Below are positions 1 through 9,500 of a DNA stretch of 64,000 bases, piece after piece (position 1 is the first letter of the stretch; each line of letters opens with the position of its first letter). Under the pieces are notes generated by a model, which was not told the DNA's origin, did not search any database, and saw only the letters and a list, made by a program, of their open reading frames with translations. A program made the position numbers and the translations under genes. Source of the stretch: an uncultured delta proteobacterium (GTDB lineage: Bacteria; Desulfobacterota; Desulfuromonadia; Geobacterales; DSM-12255); NCBI GenBank assembly GCA_963787125.1, contig CAWBBV010000006.1, forward strand, positions 1 to 64,000, read 5' to 3'.

Positions 1-525
1 CCAAGCGGCTGGAAAACTCCCCGCCGTTTCGTCTTCTGTGTTCAGATCAAGTCCGTAGACGAGAAAGGACAGCCACTGCTGCTCAATGACGTCCGCTACC
101 ACATACTGGCCACCAATCTACCCAAAGAAGTCACCCCGCAGCGGGCATTCGAACTCTATCGGGGGCGTGGAGCTGCAGAAGAAGCGAACAAGGAACTCAA
201 GCACGACCTGGATCTGGAGCGACTCCCCTCCCAGACCTTCAGTGTCAACGAAGTATTCCTTACCTTGGGGACCATGGCCTACAACCTGCTTATCCTGCTG
301 GGTCAGCAGTGGCGGGATGAAGCTGGTGACGGAGAGATGGACAGTCACTTAACACCGGTACGGCGGCGGATCAAGACCATTCAGGATTATCTGCTGCGTA
401 GTGCGGCAATCGTGGTCAATCATGCCCGCAAGAGCCTGCTGAAAGTCAACGGCTGGTGGCTGGAGAAACTTCGCCCTGACAGGATTCAGGCAAGAATCGG
501 CAGGCTTCAGCCGGTAACCTGCTAA
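1..525 (+). CDS. IS1380-family DDE transposase, C-terminal part
   Basis: Frame 1 is open from base 1 (PSGWKTPRRFVF...YRGRGAAEEANKELKHDL...) and nearly identical in protein to the C-terminus of 31249..32634. Confidence 0.9.
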   Translation, partial: PSGWKTPRRFVFCVQIKSVDEKGQPLLLNDVRYHILATNLPKEVTPQRAFELYRGRGAAEEANKELKHDLDLERLPSQTFSVNEVFLTLGTMAYNLLILLGQQWRDEAGDGEMDSHLTPVRRRIKTIQDYLLRSAAIVVNHARKSLLKVNGWWLEKLRPDRIQARIGRLQPVTC

Positions 526-749
526 AGAAAAGCTGAAAACGAGATTGTCAAAGAACAAAAAAGCAAGAACAAGGGGGCAGTTCGTCTTCAGTCCGGCAAA
601 AAACATCGTCTGAAGAGGCAAATAGCGCGTCACTTTTTGAATTTTAGAGAAAATATGTGTTTTCGACTCCCATCAAAGGGAGCTCACTGAAAAAATACCC
701 CCGAACTCACGCTGCCTGAATGTGTCCGGCAGAGATTTGCGGATTCGGG
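1..749 (+). mobile_element. IS1380-family insertion sequence, 3' part (truncated by window start)
   Basis: Transposase C-terminus followed by a ~225 bp tail ending in TTTGCGGATTCGGG (736-749), identical to the right end of the full copy at 31026-31039. Confidence 0.85.
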
Positions 750-785
750 TTAAAATTAAAGCGACTGTAAATGTCTTAGTCCACT

Positions 786-1970
786 ATGGAGCATGAACCC
801 ATGGAAACATATTTTGCTTCTGCTGAAAGGGTCAAGAAAAGAACTCTTAGCGGTCAAGTTGAAAGTGTCAGCAACAGTCCTGTCATGAATGCTATTCTTC
901 AAACTTCGGCAGGGCTACTGGTGGTAATCAACGAAAAAAGGCAGATAGTTGCTTTAAATAAATCATTCTTAGAAACTATTGGCATATCCAAACCGGAGAA
1001 GGTACTTGGACTACGTCTCGGAGAAACTCTGCACTGTAAATATGCCTTCAATGAACCTAATGGTTGCGGAACTACGCCCTATTGTTCTTCCTGTGGAGCC
1101 GCTATTGCCATGATGGCTGCTATTGATGACAATATGGTATGTGAAAGGATTTGTGCCCTGGCAACTGATAATAATGGTCATACGAATGAGATAAGCCTAA
1201 AGGTGCGAGCTCAACCCTTTATTGCTGATAAACATAGATGGATATTAGTATTTGCCCAGGATATAAGCCAACAGCAATTCTGGGCTAACATTGAAGGAGT
1301 ATTCTTTCACGATTTAAACAACATGCTCTGCTCGATGAAGAACGTCAGTCAATATGTTCATGATCACATGCCTGAGCATGAACTATTATTAAAACTCAAA
1401 TTAATAGCCGATAGAGCCTGTAAAGAAGTAACGATGCAGGAATCATTGTTGAACTACAAGAACAAGGCATCTATCGTAAATAACTCAGCGATAAGATTAA
1501 GCAATATAAAAGAACAGGCATTCAATACTGTCCTTAATAAGAGCCTAATAGACAACAAAACTTTGCTCGATGAAAGTTCAGCTGATGACTTGACGATATC
1601 TACAGACGGGATGCTTGTTTCAAGGATACTGATAAACATGCTTCTTAATGCCTTAGAAGCGACTGAAGAAGGCGGGAGTGTAAAATTTAGAGCAATAGTT
1701 GACAATTCTCAAGTTAGTTGGGAGGTTTGGAACGCTGCCTCTATTCCCGAAAATATACAACTACGTATATTTCAAAAATTTTTCAGCACTAAATCAACAA
1801 ATGGCCATGGTCTTGGCACATATTCGATGAAGTTCTTTGGAGAGGACTGCCTGGGAGGTAACGTTAGCTTCACTTCTACGGTTAATGAAGGAACAACTTT
1901 TAAATTCACTCTTCCGGCAATCTCTGCAGTGAGTAGAGAATTAACACTTAACCAGCATAGCTGCTTCTAG
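786..1970 (+). CDS. Cytoplasmic sensor histidine kinase with Cys-rich PAS-like domain
   Basis: H-box FFHDLNN, N-box NMLLNALEA, F/G boxes FQKFFSTK..GHGLG; CGTTPYCSSCG motif; AT-rich. Confidence 0.85.
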   Translation: MEHEPMETYFASAERVKKRTLSGQVESVSNSPVMNAILQTSAGLLVVINEKRQIVALNKSFLETIGISKPEKVLGLRLGETLHCKYAFNEPNGCGTTPYCSSCGAAIAMMAAIDDNMVCERICALATDNNGHTNEISLKVRAQPFIADKHRWILVFAQDISQQQFWANIEGVFFHDLNNMLCSMKNVSQYVHDHMPEHELLLKLKLIADRACKEVTMQESLLNYKNKASIVNNSAIRLSNIKEQAFNTVLNKSLIDNKTLLDESSADDLTISTDGMLVSRILINMLLNALEATEEGGSVKFRAIVDNSQVSWEVWNAASIPENIQLRIFQKFFSTKSTNGHGLGTYSMKFFGEDCLGGNVSFTSTVNEGTTFKFTLPAISAVSRELTLNQHSCF

Positions 1971-2541
1971 GGCAGTCAATATTGATTTATATTTATTCAC
2001 TGTATTCGCACTTCAGACGACCTCTACTATCCGTTCATGCATGTTGGGCTATCACACGTTATACAAAAGCTCCCTCCATATAAATTCACCGGCGCCGACC
2101 GTGGCCCGGTAGATGATGGTTCTCCTGTATTCCACTGCCCCCCGCATCTCACTGAACCACGCAGTCGTTCATTTTCGTCCTCAACATAGAAGTTCTTCTT
2201 ATTTTCCCAAATAAAATAGCTCGTGATCTGTATCGGTGAATAGGCGCAACCTCCCCTTCGCAGGAAAGGTTGCGGACGCCGGTGGCAACAGGAATTGCAC
2301 CTGCCGAATTGAATTTGATGAAATTCATCTTATATGCTATATGAGTATAAATTTAAGCGAGAACACTGGTCGTTTCACACTATCTTCAAAGCGGGATATC
2401 TACCAGTATGGAGTTTTATAGTATTTTCATCCTATCGCTAGAACGTTGAAAAAATTGGCGTTACATCAGTTAACTGGCCTGTCGCATCTGCCCCGCTTGT
2501 GCAGCAATAAATCGCCTTAACCAAACCGAACGAGGAATCCA

Positions 2542-3147
2542 ATGAAAAAACTGCTCCGAATGCTCTTCCCCCTGCTTATTCTCTCCCTGACTGGCTGTGC
2601 CTCAATTTCTTTGCAGCACTCTGCAAAAGATTCAACATTACCGGCAAAGCAATATAAAAAGCTGCTTATAGTCGGCATAACCGAAAGATCTGATAGGCGT
2701 CAGGTTTTTGAGGAGGTTCTTGCTGCCGAACTACAAAAACGGGGAGTAAGCGCTATCCCCAGTTACACCATCACCGGCGTAACCGAGAAGCTCACTTGGG
2801 CAGCTGGCGAAGAAGCTGTCAAAAAGACCGGCGCGGACGGGGCAATAACCACCCGTCTGATCGCCCTGAAGAAGGATACGAGTGTTAATACCGGCTATGT
2901 TATGACCAGCCATGGCTTTGCCGATGGTTACGGCGTCCATGTGACCTATGCAACCTTTATACATCAACCGGTTGAAGTTCTCCTCTCGACAAAAATGGCA
3001 ATTGAAACCAATCTCTTCGATGCTGCTACCGGTCGACTGGTCTGGACAGGGACGTCAAGCGCCGTAGATCCTGAGGGAATTATCACCTTCACCAAAGGAT
3101 TGGCAGAAGTGGTATTCAAAACAATGGCCAAAGACGGCCTGATTTAA
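2542..3147 (+). CDS. Lipoprotein (DUF4136-like)
   Basis: Lipobox LTGC; C-terminal ETNLFDAATGRLVW pattern; GAGG SD. Confidence 0.7.
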   Translation: MKKLLRMLFPLLILSLTGCASISLQHSAKDSTLPAKQYKKLLIVGITERSDRRQVFEEVLAAELQKRGVSAIPSYTITGVTEKLTWAAGEEAVKKTGADGAITTRLIALKKDTSVNTGYVMTSHGFADGYGVHVTYATFIHQPVEVLLSTKMAIETNLFDAATGRLVWTGTSSAVDPEGIITFTKGLAEVVFKTMAKDGLI

Positions 3148-3159
3148 GGAGGAGACCCA

Positions 3160-3735
3160 ATGCAATATTCTTCAGTAAAATTTTTACTCTACGGCTTGAT
3201 AGCCACCATGTTGTCAGGCTGCACTTCTCTCAAGGTAGTGGAAACCTGGAATAAACCTGCTGCTCAGGTCCATAAGAAAATCATGATCCTCGGTATAGGG
3301 AGTGACGAAACAAAACGCAAGCTATTCGAGAATATCATTGTTGATGAACTGCGGCACAGGATGATCGCTGCCGTGGCGAGCCATACAATCCTGCCGGATC
3401 TCGACAAGACTGATCGTGCCGGAGTTGTTGCTGCAGTTCATGCTAATGGTTGCGATGCTGTCCTGACAACTCGTGTACTGGTAAAAGGTGACGGCACCGT
3501 TTCCCAACAGCTGCCGTCAGGCGATTCGGTAGGCTATGTCTACGGGGCATCTCCGATGACAACCTACGGTGATTTCCTCAAAGCAACACTGCAGGCTAAT
3601 CTGTATGATGCCAAAACGGAGGAGCTGATCTGGAGTGCAACTTTCAAAACATCCGATGCCGACAGGCCTGCCAGGGTCAGTCGGGATCTGGGAAAGTTCT
3701 TTTTTGAGGCCTTACGGAAAGACGGTTTGATTTAG
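3160..3735 (+). CDS. Lipoprotein (DUF4136-like), tandem paralog of the preceding gene
   Basis: Lipobox LSGC; shared KKxxIxGI, FExxxxxEL, NLxDAxTxxLxW motifs and KDGLI C-terminus. Confidence 0.7.
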   Translation: MQYSSVKFLLYGLIATMLSGCTSLKVVETWNKPAAQVHKKIMILGIGSDETKRKLFENIIVDELRHRMIAAVASHTILPDLDKTDRAGVVAAVHANGCDAVLTTRVLVKGDGTVSQQLPSGDSVGYVYGASPMTTYGDFLKATLQANLYDAKTEELIWSATFKTSDADRPARVSRDLGKFFFEALRKDGLI

Positions 3736-3751
3736 CTGCCTGGAGGTTAGA

Positions 3752-6589
3752 ATGAACCGTATCGCCCGGTTTTGCGTGGCACAACCAGGAGTGAGCCGGC
3801 TGGTTTTGCTACTGGTATCTCTGGTAGTGGGCTCGTTGGCCAGCAGCATTGTGATAGGTTTCCGGGTTGACGAACGCCGTGCACTGCTGGAAACAGAGAC
3901 CCAGCGACGCAGCCTGGAAGTCATGTCCCAGACCCTCAACGGTAACCTGATGGGGTCGATGGCCATGCTGGGTCTGATCGACGCTGACATCAAGAGCGAG
4001 GCGCTTGGCAAAAAGTCCGGCATGTCGCAGAAATTGTTCGGTGCTTTTGAAAGCGTCGGTCGTTCCTATGATGCTCAGGGGGTTTTCCTTGTCCCCCACG
4101 ACGGGGTCATCACCCTGTCGTGGGACAGTGCCGGGAAACCCTCAACCGGCCTCAACGTGAAATTCCGCCCTTATTACCAGATGGCGATGAAGGGCAAAAA
4201 TAACGTCTATGCGGCAGTAAGCCTGGCCCGCGGTGACCGGGCGCTCTATTTTTCTGCCCCGGTATACCTCGGGGCCTCCAACGCTACCGAATCGGTCGGT
4301 GCTGTCGTGGCACGCACCAGTGTGCAGAAAGTGGATGAACTGCTGCGCGGCAAGGCCGATATTGCGCTGCTACTGTCGCCGCAAGGGGTGGTGTTTGCCA
4401 GCAGCCGCAAGGAATGGATCGGCCATCTGTCCGGAACGCCGACGCCAGAGCGGCTGCAGGCCATCCGTGAACTCAAGCAGTTCGGCAACCTTTTCGAAAA
4501 AACCGACCCGCCGGTGCTCCCCATGTCAGCCGAGCCTGGCGTACGCGAGATTGATGGTCGCTCCCACGCTGTGGCCAGTGCCAAGGTGCAGTGGAACGAC
4601 CCCATGGGGGACTGGTCACTGGTGCTGCTGGAAGATCTGACCCGCAGCGTACCGCTGACCGAGCGGCTGCGCTATGGTCTGGGAGCCGGCATAGTCGTGC
4701 TGCTGCTCGGCTGGGGGCTGACCCACCTGCTGCGCAGCCGCTACGCCCAGCAGCTTGCCGGAGAACAGCTGGCCGCCTACAGCAGTGAGCAACGGGCAGC
4801 CGCCAGCCGCAAGGCAGAGCTCGCGGAGACCGGCTTGCAGATGCAACAGGCAGAGCAGATTGATGAACTGGTCCGCTGCTATTTCAATGCTGCCCACCGG
4901 ATGTTCGGCGCCCTGCAGGGGGTGATCTACCTTGTTGACCGAACAAATCCCGACCTTTTGGCCCTGGCCGGCAGTTACGCCTGTGCCGAACTGCCACCTG
5001 ATGACCTGGCTATGGGTGAGGGGCTGCTTGGTCAATGTGCCGTTGAAAAGCGCTTACAGATGATCGATACCGCATCGGCCGGTTTTGCCGCCATCCGCTC
5101 CGGCCTTGGCGAGACCGTACCTGCGGCACTGCTGCTGGCGCCGATCATGCTCCATGACCGTTTTCTGGGCGTCGTTGAAGTGGCGCTGCTGCACAAGCCG
5201 GAGAGTGCCGAGCGGGATCAGTTTGCGGAGATGGTCGGACTGTTTGCCATGAACCTTGAGATTCTTGGTCGTGCCGCACAAACTGAACAGCTGCTATTGG
5301 CGACAGCAGCAGCTGAACGGGACATGGCGCGGCTTGCCGAGGCTGAACGCTTCAACCGGCTGGCCCAGGGACGCGAGGCCCGCATCCTCGATCTGAAACG
5401 CGAAATCAATGACCTCTGTCTGCGGCTGGCCGACCCGCCACGCTATGCATCATCGGAAATGTCCAGGATGGATGATGATCCTGCCGGGGATTCGTTTGAT
5501 ACAAACGGTAACCGGCTGGTCAGGCTCAACTGGCATCAAAGCTTTGAATCCGGAAACGCCGATGTCGACCGGGAACACCGCTCCCTGTTCGCCGTTGCAA
5601 ACGACCTGCTCAATGCCATTGTTAACGGCAAACCCAACGAGGAAATCGAACGGATTATCGGCGTTCTGGTCAAGGAGGTAACGTCTCACTTCGACCATGA
5701 AGAAGCGATCCAGCGTTCCATCGGCTACCTGCAAGCCGAAGAGCATGCCGGTATCCACCGCCAACTGGTCGAAAAAGCGGTACTGCTGATCGAAGACTTC
5801 AAGACCGGCACGCTCGCTGTCGGTCCTTTCTTCCAGTTCCTGGCCTACGATGTGGTTGCCCTGCACATGCGCCGGGAGGACAGCAAATTCTACCCATTGT
5901 TCGCTGCAGCCGGCCAGCAACTGCCGACAGAACAGGCCGAAGAATCAATCCCTAAACTCGTGGAACTCGTTGACCTGAACGAGCTACAGAAGCTGTTCAG
6001 CGCCTTTTGCGAATCGGTCGGCATTGCCGCAGCGATCATAGATCTGGACGGGACGGTGCTGGTCTCTGCCAACTGGCAGAGGGCCTGTACCGGTTTCCAC
6101 CGGGCCAATCCCGAATCCTGCCAGCTCTGCATCGAAAGCGATACCGAGCTGGCGCTCCAACTGCAGGCAGGGCAGGACTTCACCATGTACACCTGCAAAA
6201 ACGGCATGACTGACGCAGCCGCGCCGATCGTCGTTGACGGGCGGCACCTGGCAAACGTCTTTATCGGCCAGTTCCATCTCGGCCCGCCGGATCTTGATTT
6301 TTTCAGGCAGCAGGCGCAGCGGTTCGGTTATCCCGAAGCCGACTACCTCCAGGCTGTCAGCGAAGCGCCGGTGGTCGATGAAAAACGGATGCCGGTTATC
6401 CTCGGTTTCCTCAGCGGCTTTGCCCGGATGATCGGCACCATGTCGCTGGCGCGCTACCGGGCCGATGCAGCGCAGGTAAAACTGCAGGAACAGGCCGAGC
6501 TGCTCCGCCGGGAACGGCTGACTGCCATGAGCCTGGCCGAAGATGCTGAAGCAGCCCGACAAGTGAAACAACAAGGAGCACCTTTATGA
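3752..6589 (+). CDS. Membrane sensor protein: TM-dCache-TM-GAF-hemerythrin-PocR, with no output domain
   Basis: Two TM helices around an FRPYYQ Cache motif; GAF GEGLLGQCA; hemerythrin ligands H..HFxxEE..HxxxH..HxxxED; PocR Cys pattern C.GFHR..C..SD..Y.CKNG. Confidence 0.85.
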   Translation: MNRIARFCVAQPGVSRLVLLLVSLVVGSLASSIVIGFRVDERRALLETETQRRSLEVMSQTLNGNLMGSMAMLGLIDADIKSEALGKKSGMSQKLFGAFESVGRSYDAQGVFLVPHDGVITLSWDSAGKPSTGLNVKFRPYYQMAMKGKNNVYAAVSLARGDRALYFSAPVYLGASNATESVGAVVARTSVQKVDELLRGKADIALLLSPQGVVFASSRKEWIGHLSGTPTPERLQAIRELKQFGNLFEKTDPPVLPMSAEPGVREIDGRSHAVASAKVQWNDPMGDWSLVLLEDLTRSVPLTERLRYGLGAGIVVLLLGWGLTHLLRSRYAQQLAGEQLAAYSSEQRAAASRKAELAETGLQMQQAEQIDELVRCYFNAAHRMFGALQGVIYLVDRTNPDLLALAGSYACAELPPDDLAMGEGLLGQCAVEKRLQMIDTASAGFAAIRSGLGETVPAALLLAPIMLHDRFLGVVEVALLHKPESAERDQFAEMVGLFAMNLEILGRAAQTEQLLLATAAAERDMARLAEAERFNRLAQGREARILDLKREINDLCLRLADPPRYASSEMSRMDDDPAGDSFDTNGNRLVRLNWHQSFESGNADVDREHRSLFAVANDLLNAIVNGKPNEEIERIIGVLVKEVTSHFDHEEAIQRSIGYLQAEEHAGIHRQLVEKAVLLIEDFKTGTLAVGPFFQFLAYDVVALHMRREDSKFYPLFAAAGQQLPTEQAEESIPKLVELVDLNELQKLFSAFCESVGIAAAIIDLDGTVLVSANWQRACTGFHRANPESCQLCIESDTELALQLQAGQDFTMYTCKNGMTDAAAPIVVDGRHLANVFIGQFHLGPPDLDFFRQQAQRFGYPEADYLQAVSEAPVVDEKRMPVILGFLSGFARMIGTMSLARYRADAAQVKLQEQAELLRRERLTAMSLAEDAEAARQVKQQGAPL

Positions 6590-9500
6590 ACAGATTTATC
6601 ATCGCTCTGGAACGACGCTCCCTCTCCCGCAAGCTTGCATTCGGCTTCGCCCTGCTGCTGCTGGGCACCATAGCCATCGGCCTTGAAGGGATAGTCGGTC
6701 AGCGGGCAATTATTGACGACCTGAAAGTGATGCACGACAAGGAGCTACAGGGCGTTGCCAGCGGTAAGGATGCCCAGGTCGCCTATGCAACCATCGGCCG
6801 CACCCTCCGCCAGGCCTTGATAACCGCCGATTCAGTCGAGCGTAGCCGGAGTTTAAGCCAGCAGGACGCTGCCCGGATAGCCCTCAGCATGGAGGTCACG
6901 CTCCTGCGTACGACTTTGTTTCGTGAGGACACCAAGAAACTACTGGCTCTTTTTGAAAAAAACTCAGCGATATATTTGCGCGGGGTGGACAAAGCCACAG
7001 CCCTGATGCTGGGGGGCAGGAATGCAGAAGCGCTGGCCTTTGTCTCCTCCATGGAGTTTCAGCAACCAGGCATTGATGCCAATGAAAACATGGAACAACT
7101 TGTCAAAATCAAGGAGGATGGTGCTCAAAAGACCTATCTCCGTTCGCTTGCGGATGCCAGACGAAGCCAGATCATTTCCGCAACCTTGCTCGCCTTCGGG
7201 CTGCTTTTCGGCGTCATGCTCTGGCTACTGGTATCCCGTTCGGTGATCCGGCCCCTTGACCGGCTGCGTGATGCGCTCAAAGAGCTGGCCTCGGGCAGGC
7301 TTGATTACGAGGTGCCTCACTGCGACTACAGCAATGAGGTGGGTGATCTGGCTCGCGCCGTAACCGTGCTGCAGACTGAAGCGCAACAGATGGAGGCGCA
7401 GCGCTGGATCAAGACCCACATCGCCGCTGTTTCAACGGCACTGCAGGCTGCCACCAGCTTCAGTGAGCTGTCACAGACCTTTCTCTCCAGCGTTGCCCCG
7501 CTGCTCAAGGTCGGTCATGCGGTCTTCTACCTCTTTGAAGAAGAGCAGCAGCGGCTGCACATGCTGGGAGGGTATGCCTTCCGCGAGCGGAAGAATCTGG
7601 ATACCTATTTTGCCCTTGGCCAGAGTCTGGTCGGTCAGTGTGCCTTGGAGCGGGCGCCGATTATCATCTCCAAACCGCCGGCGGACTATATCCGGATCGG
7701 CTCAAGCCTGGGCGAAGCGGTACCGAATACCATCGCTGTACTGCCGGTACTGCATAACGAACAGCTGCTGGCCGTTCTTGAGCTTGCTACCTTCGAAAAT
7801 TTCGGTGCCAACGAACAGGCTCTGCTTGACGGACTGATGCCGGTTCTGGCCATGAGCATGGAGATCATCGAGCGCAACACCAGGACACAGCAGCTGCTTG
7901 AAGAGACTCAGCGTCAGGCGGAGAGCATGGAAAAACAGGCGGCCAAGCTGGAAGAACAGGCCGTCGAAATGGAGGCCCAGCAGCACGAGATCAAGGCCAC
8001 CGAGGCCTGGTTCCGCAGTATTGTAGAGTCAGCACCGGACGGCATGCTGGTGGTCGATGAGCATGGCAGTATCATTTTGACCAATCATCAGGTGGAAGCG
8101 ATGTTCGGCTACGGGCCTGGCGAGCTCTCAGGCAGCCCGATTGAGGCGTTGGTGCCACCGGACGTGCGTGGCCGCCATGTCGCCTTGCGCGACAGCTACC
8201 TGATAGATGATGAGCATGCCCGCAGCATAGATGCCACGAATCGTCAGCTGCGTGGCGTGCGTAAGGACGGCAGCGAACTGCCGGTGGAGTTGAGCCTGTC
8301 ACGCCTGCCGGCTATTGGCGGCCGAGGCAAATGCGTCTGCGCTTCGGTGCGCGACATCACCGCCCGCAAGGCGGCGGAAGACCGCCTGGCCATGGCGGAA
8401 GAGCGCAGCAGGCTGATTCTGGGTGCGGTCGGTGACGGCATTGTCGGCCTTGACAATGACGGCTTCGTCACCTTTGCCAATCCGGCTGCTCCGGCCATGC
8501 TCGGTTACCGGGAAGATGAATTCGTCGGCCAGAAGATGCATGCGCTGGTGCACCATCACTATCCGGACGGCCGTCATTTCCCCCGCGAAGAATGTCCGAT
8601 GTACCTTTCCTCGGTCGATGGTCAGGCTCGTACCGTGGACAGTGAAGTCCTCTGGCACCGAGACGGCACCGCAATACCGGTGGAGTATTCAACCACGGTA
8701 ATTCACAAGGAAGCTGCCATTGTCGGGACCGTCATTGTCTATCGTGATATCACCGAGCGCAAACAGAGCGAACAAAAACTGTCCGATAGCCGCGCTACCA
8801 TGGTGGCATTAATCAGCTCAATTCCTGACCTTATTTTTTACAAAAACCCGGAAGGCGTATACCTGGGCTGCAACGGCGCTTTTGCAGAGTTGGTTGGGCG
8901 GCCAGTTGAAGAAATTACCGGTTCGACCGATTATGAACTCTTTCCGCAGGAAGTCGCCGATTTTTTCCGTAACAAGGATGCCGATATGTTGTCCAAACTG
9001 GAAAGTCTGTCCAACGAAGAATGGGTTGATTATCCGGATGGCCGGCATGTCTTGCTCGACACCCTGAAATCGCCGTTCTGGAGCAGTGATGGCAAGCTGC
9101 TGGGCATTCTGGGCATTAGCAGGGACATGACCGAGCGCAAACAGGCGGAGGATAAACTGCGGCACGCCGATTTCCTCAACAACCAGGCGCTCGACCTGAC
9201 CAAAGCCGGCTACTGGCATATCCCGCTCAATACTGGTGACGAGTACTACAATTCGTCGGAGCGCGCCGCGACTATTTTCGGTGATCCGCCCCGCCCTGAC
9301 TGGCGCTATCATCTGATGAACGAATGGGGCGCCAATGTGGCCGCCGGCGACAAGGACGCTGCGGAAGCGACATTTAAAAACTATGCAGCTGCCCTTGAAG
9401 GGACAGTGCCCCGCTACGACGCGATCTATGCCTACAAACGGCCGATCGATGGCCACGTGGTCTGGATCCATGCCATGGGCGATGTGGTTCGCGATGCCGA

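Noticed and set aside
2245..2274. Hairpin CGCAACCT...AGGTTGCG as a cyclic-dinucleotide riboswitch
   Set aside because: It lacks the GEMM two-stem and tetraloop-receptor signature; a lone hairpin is insufficient.
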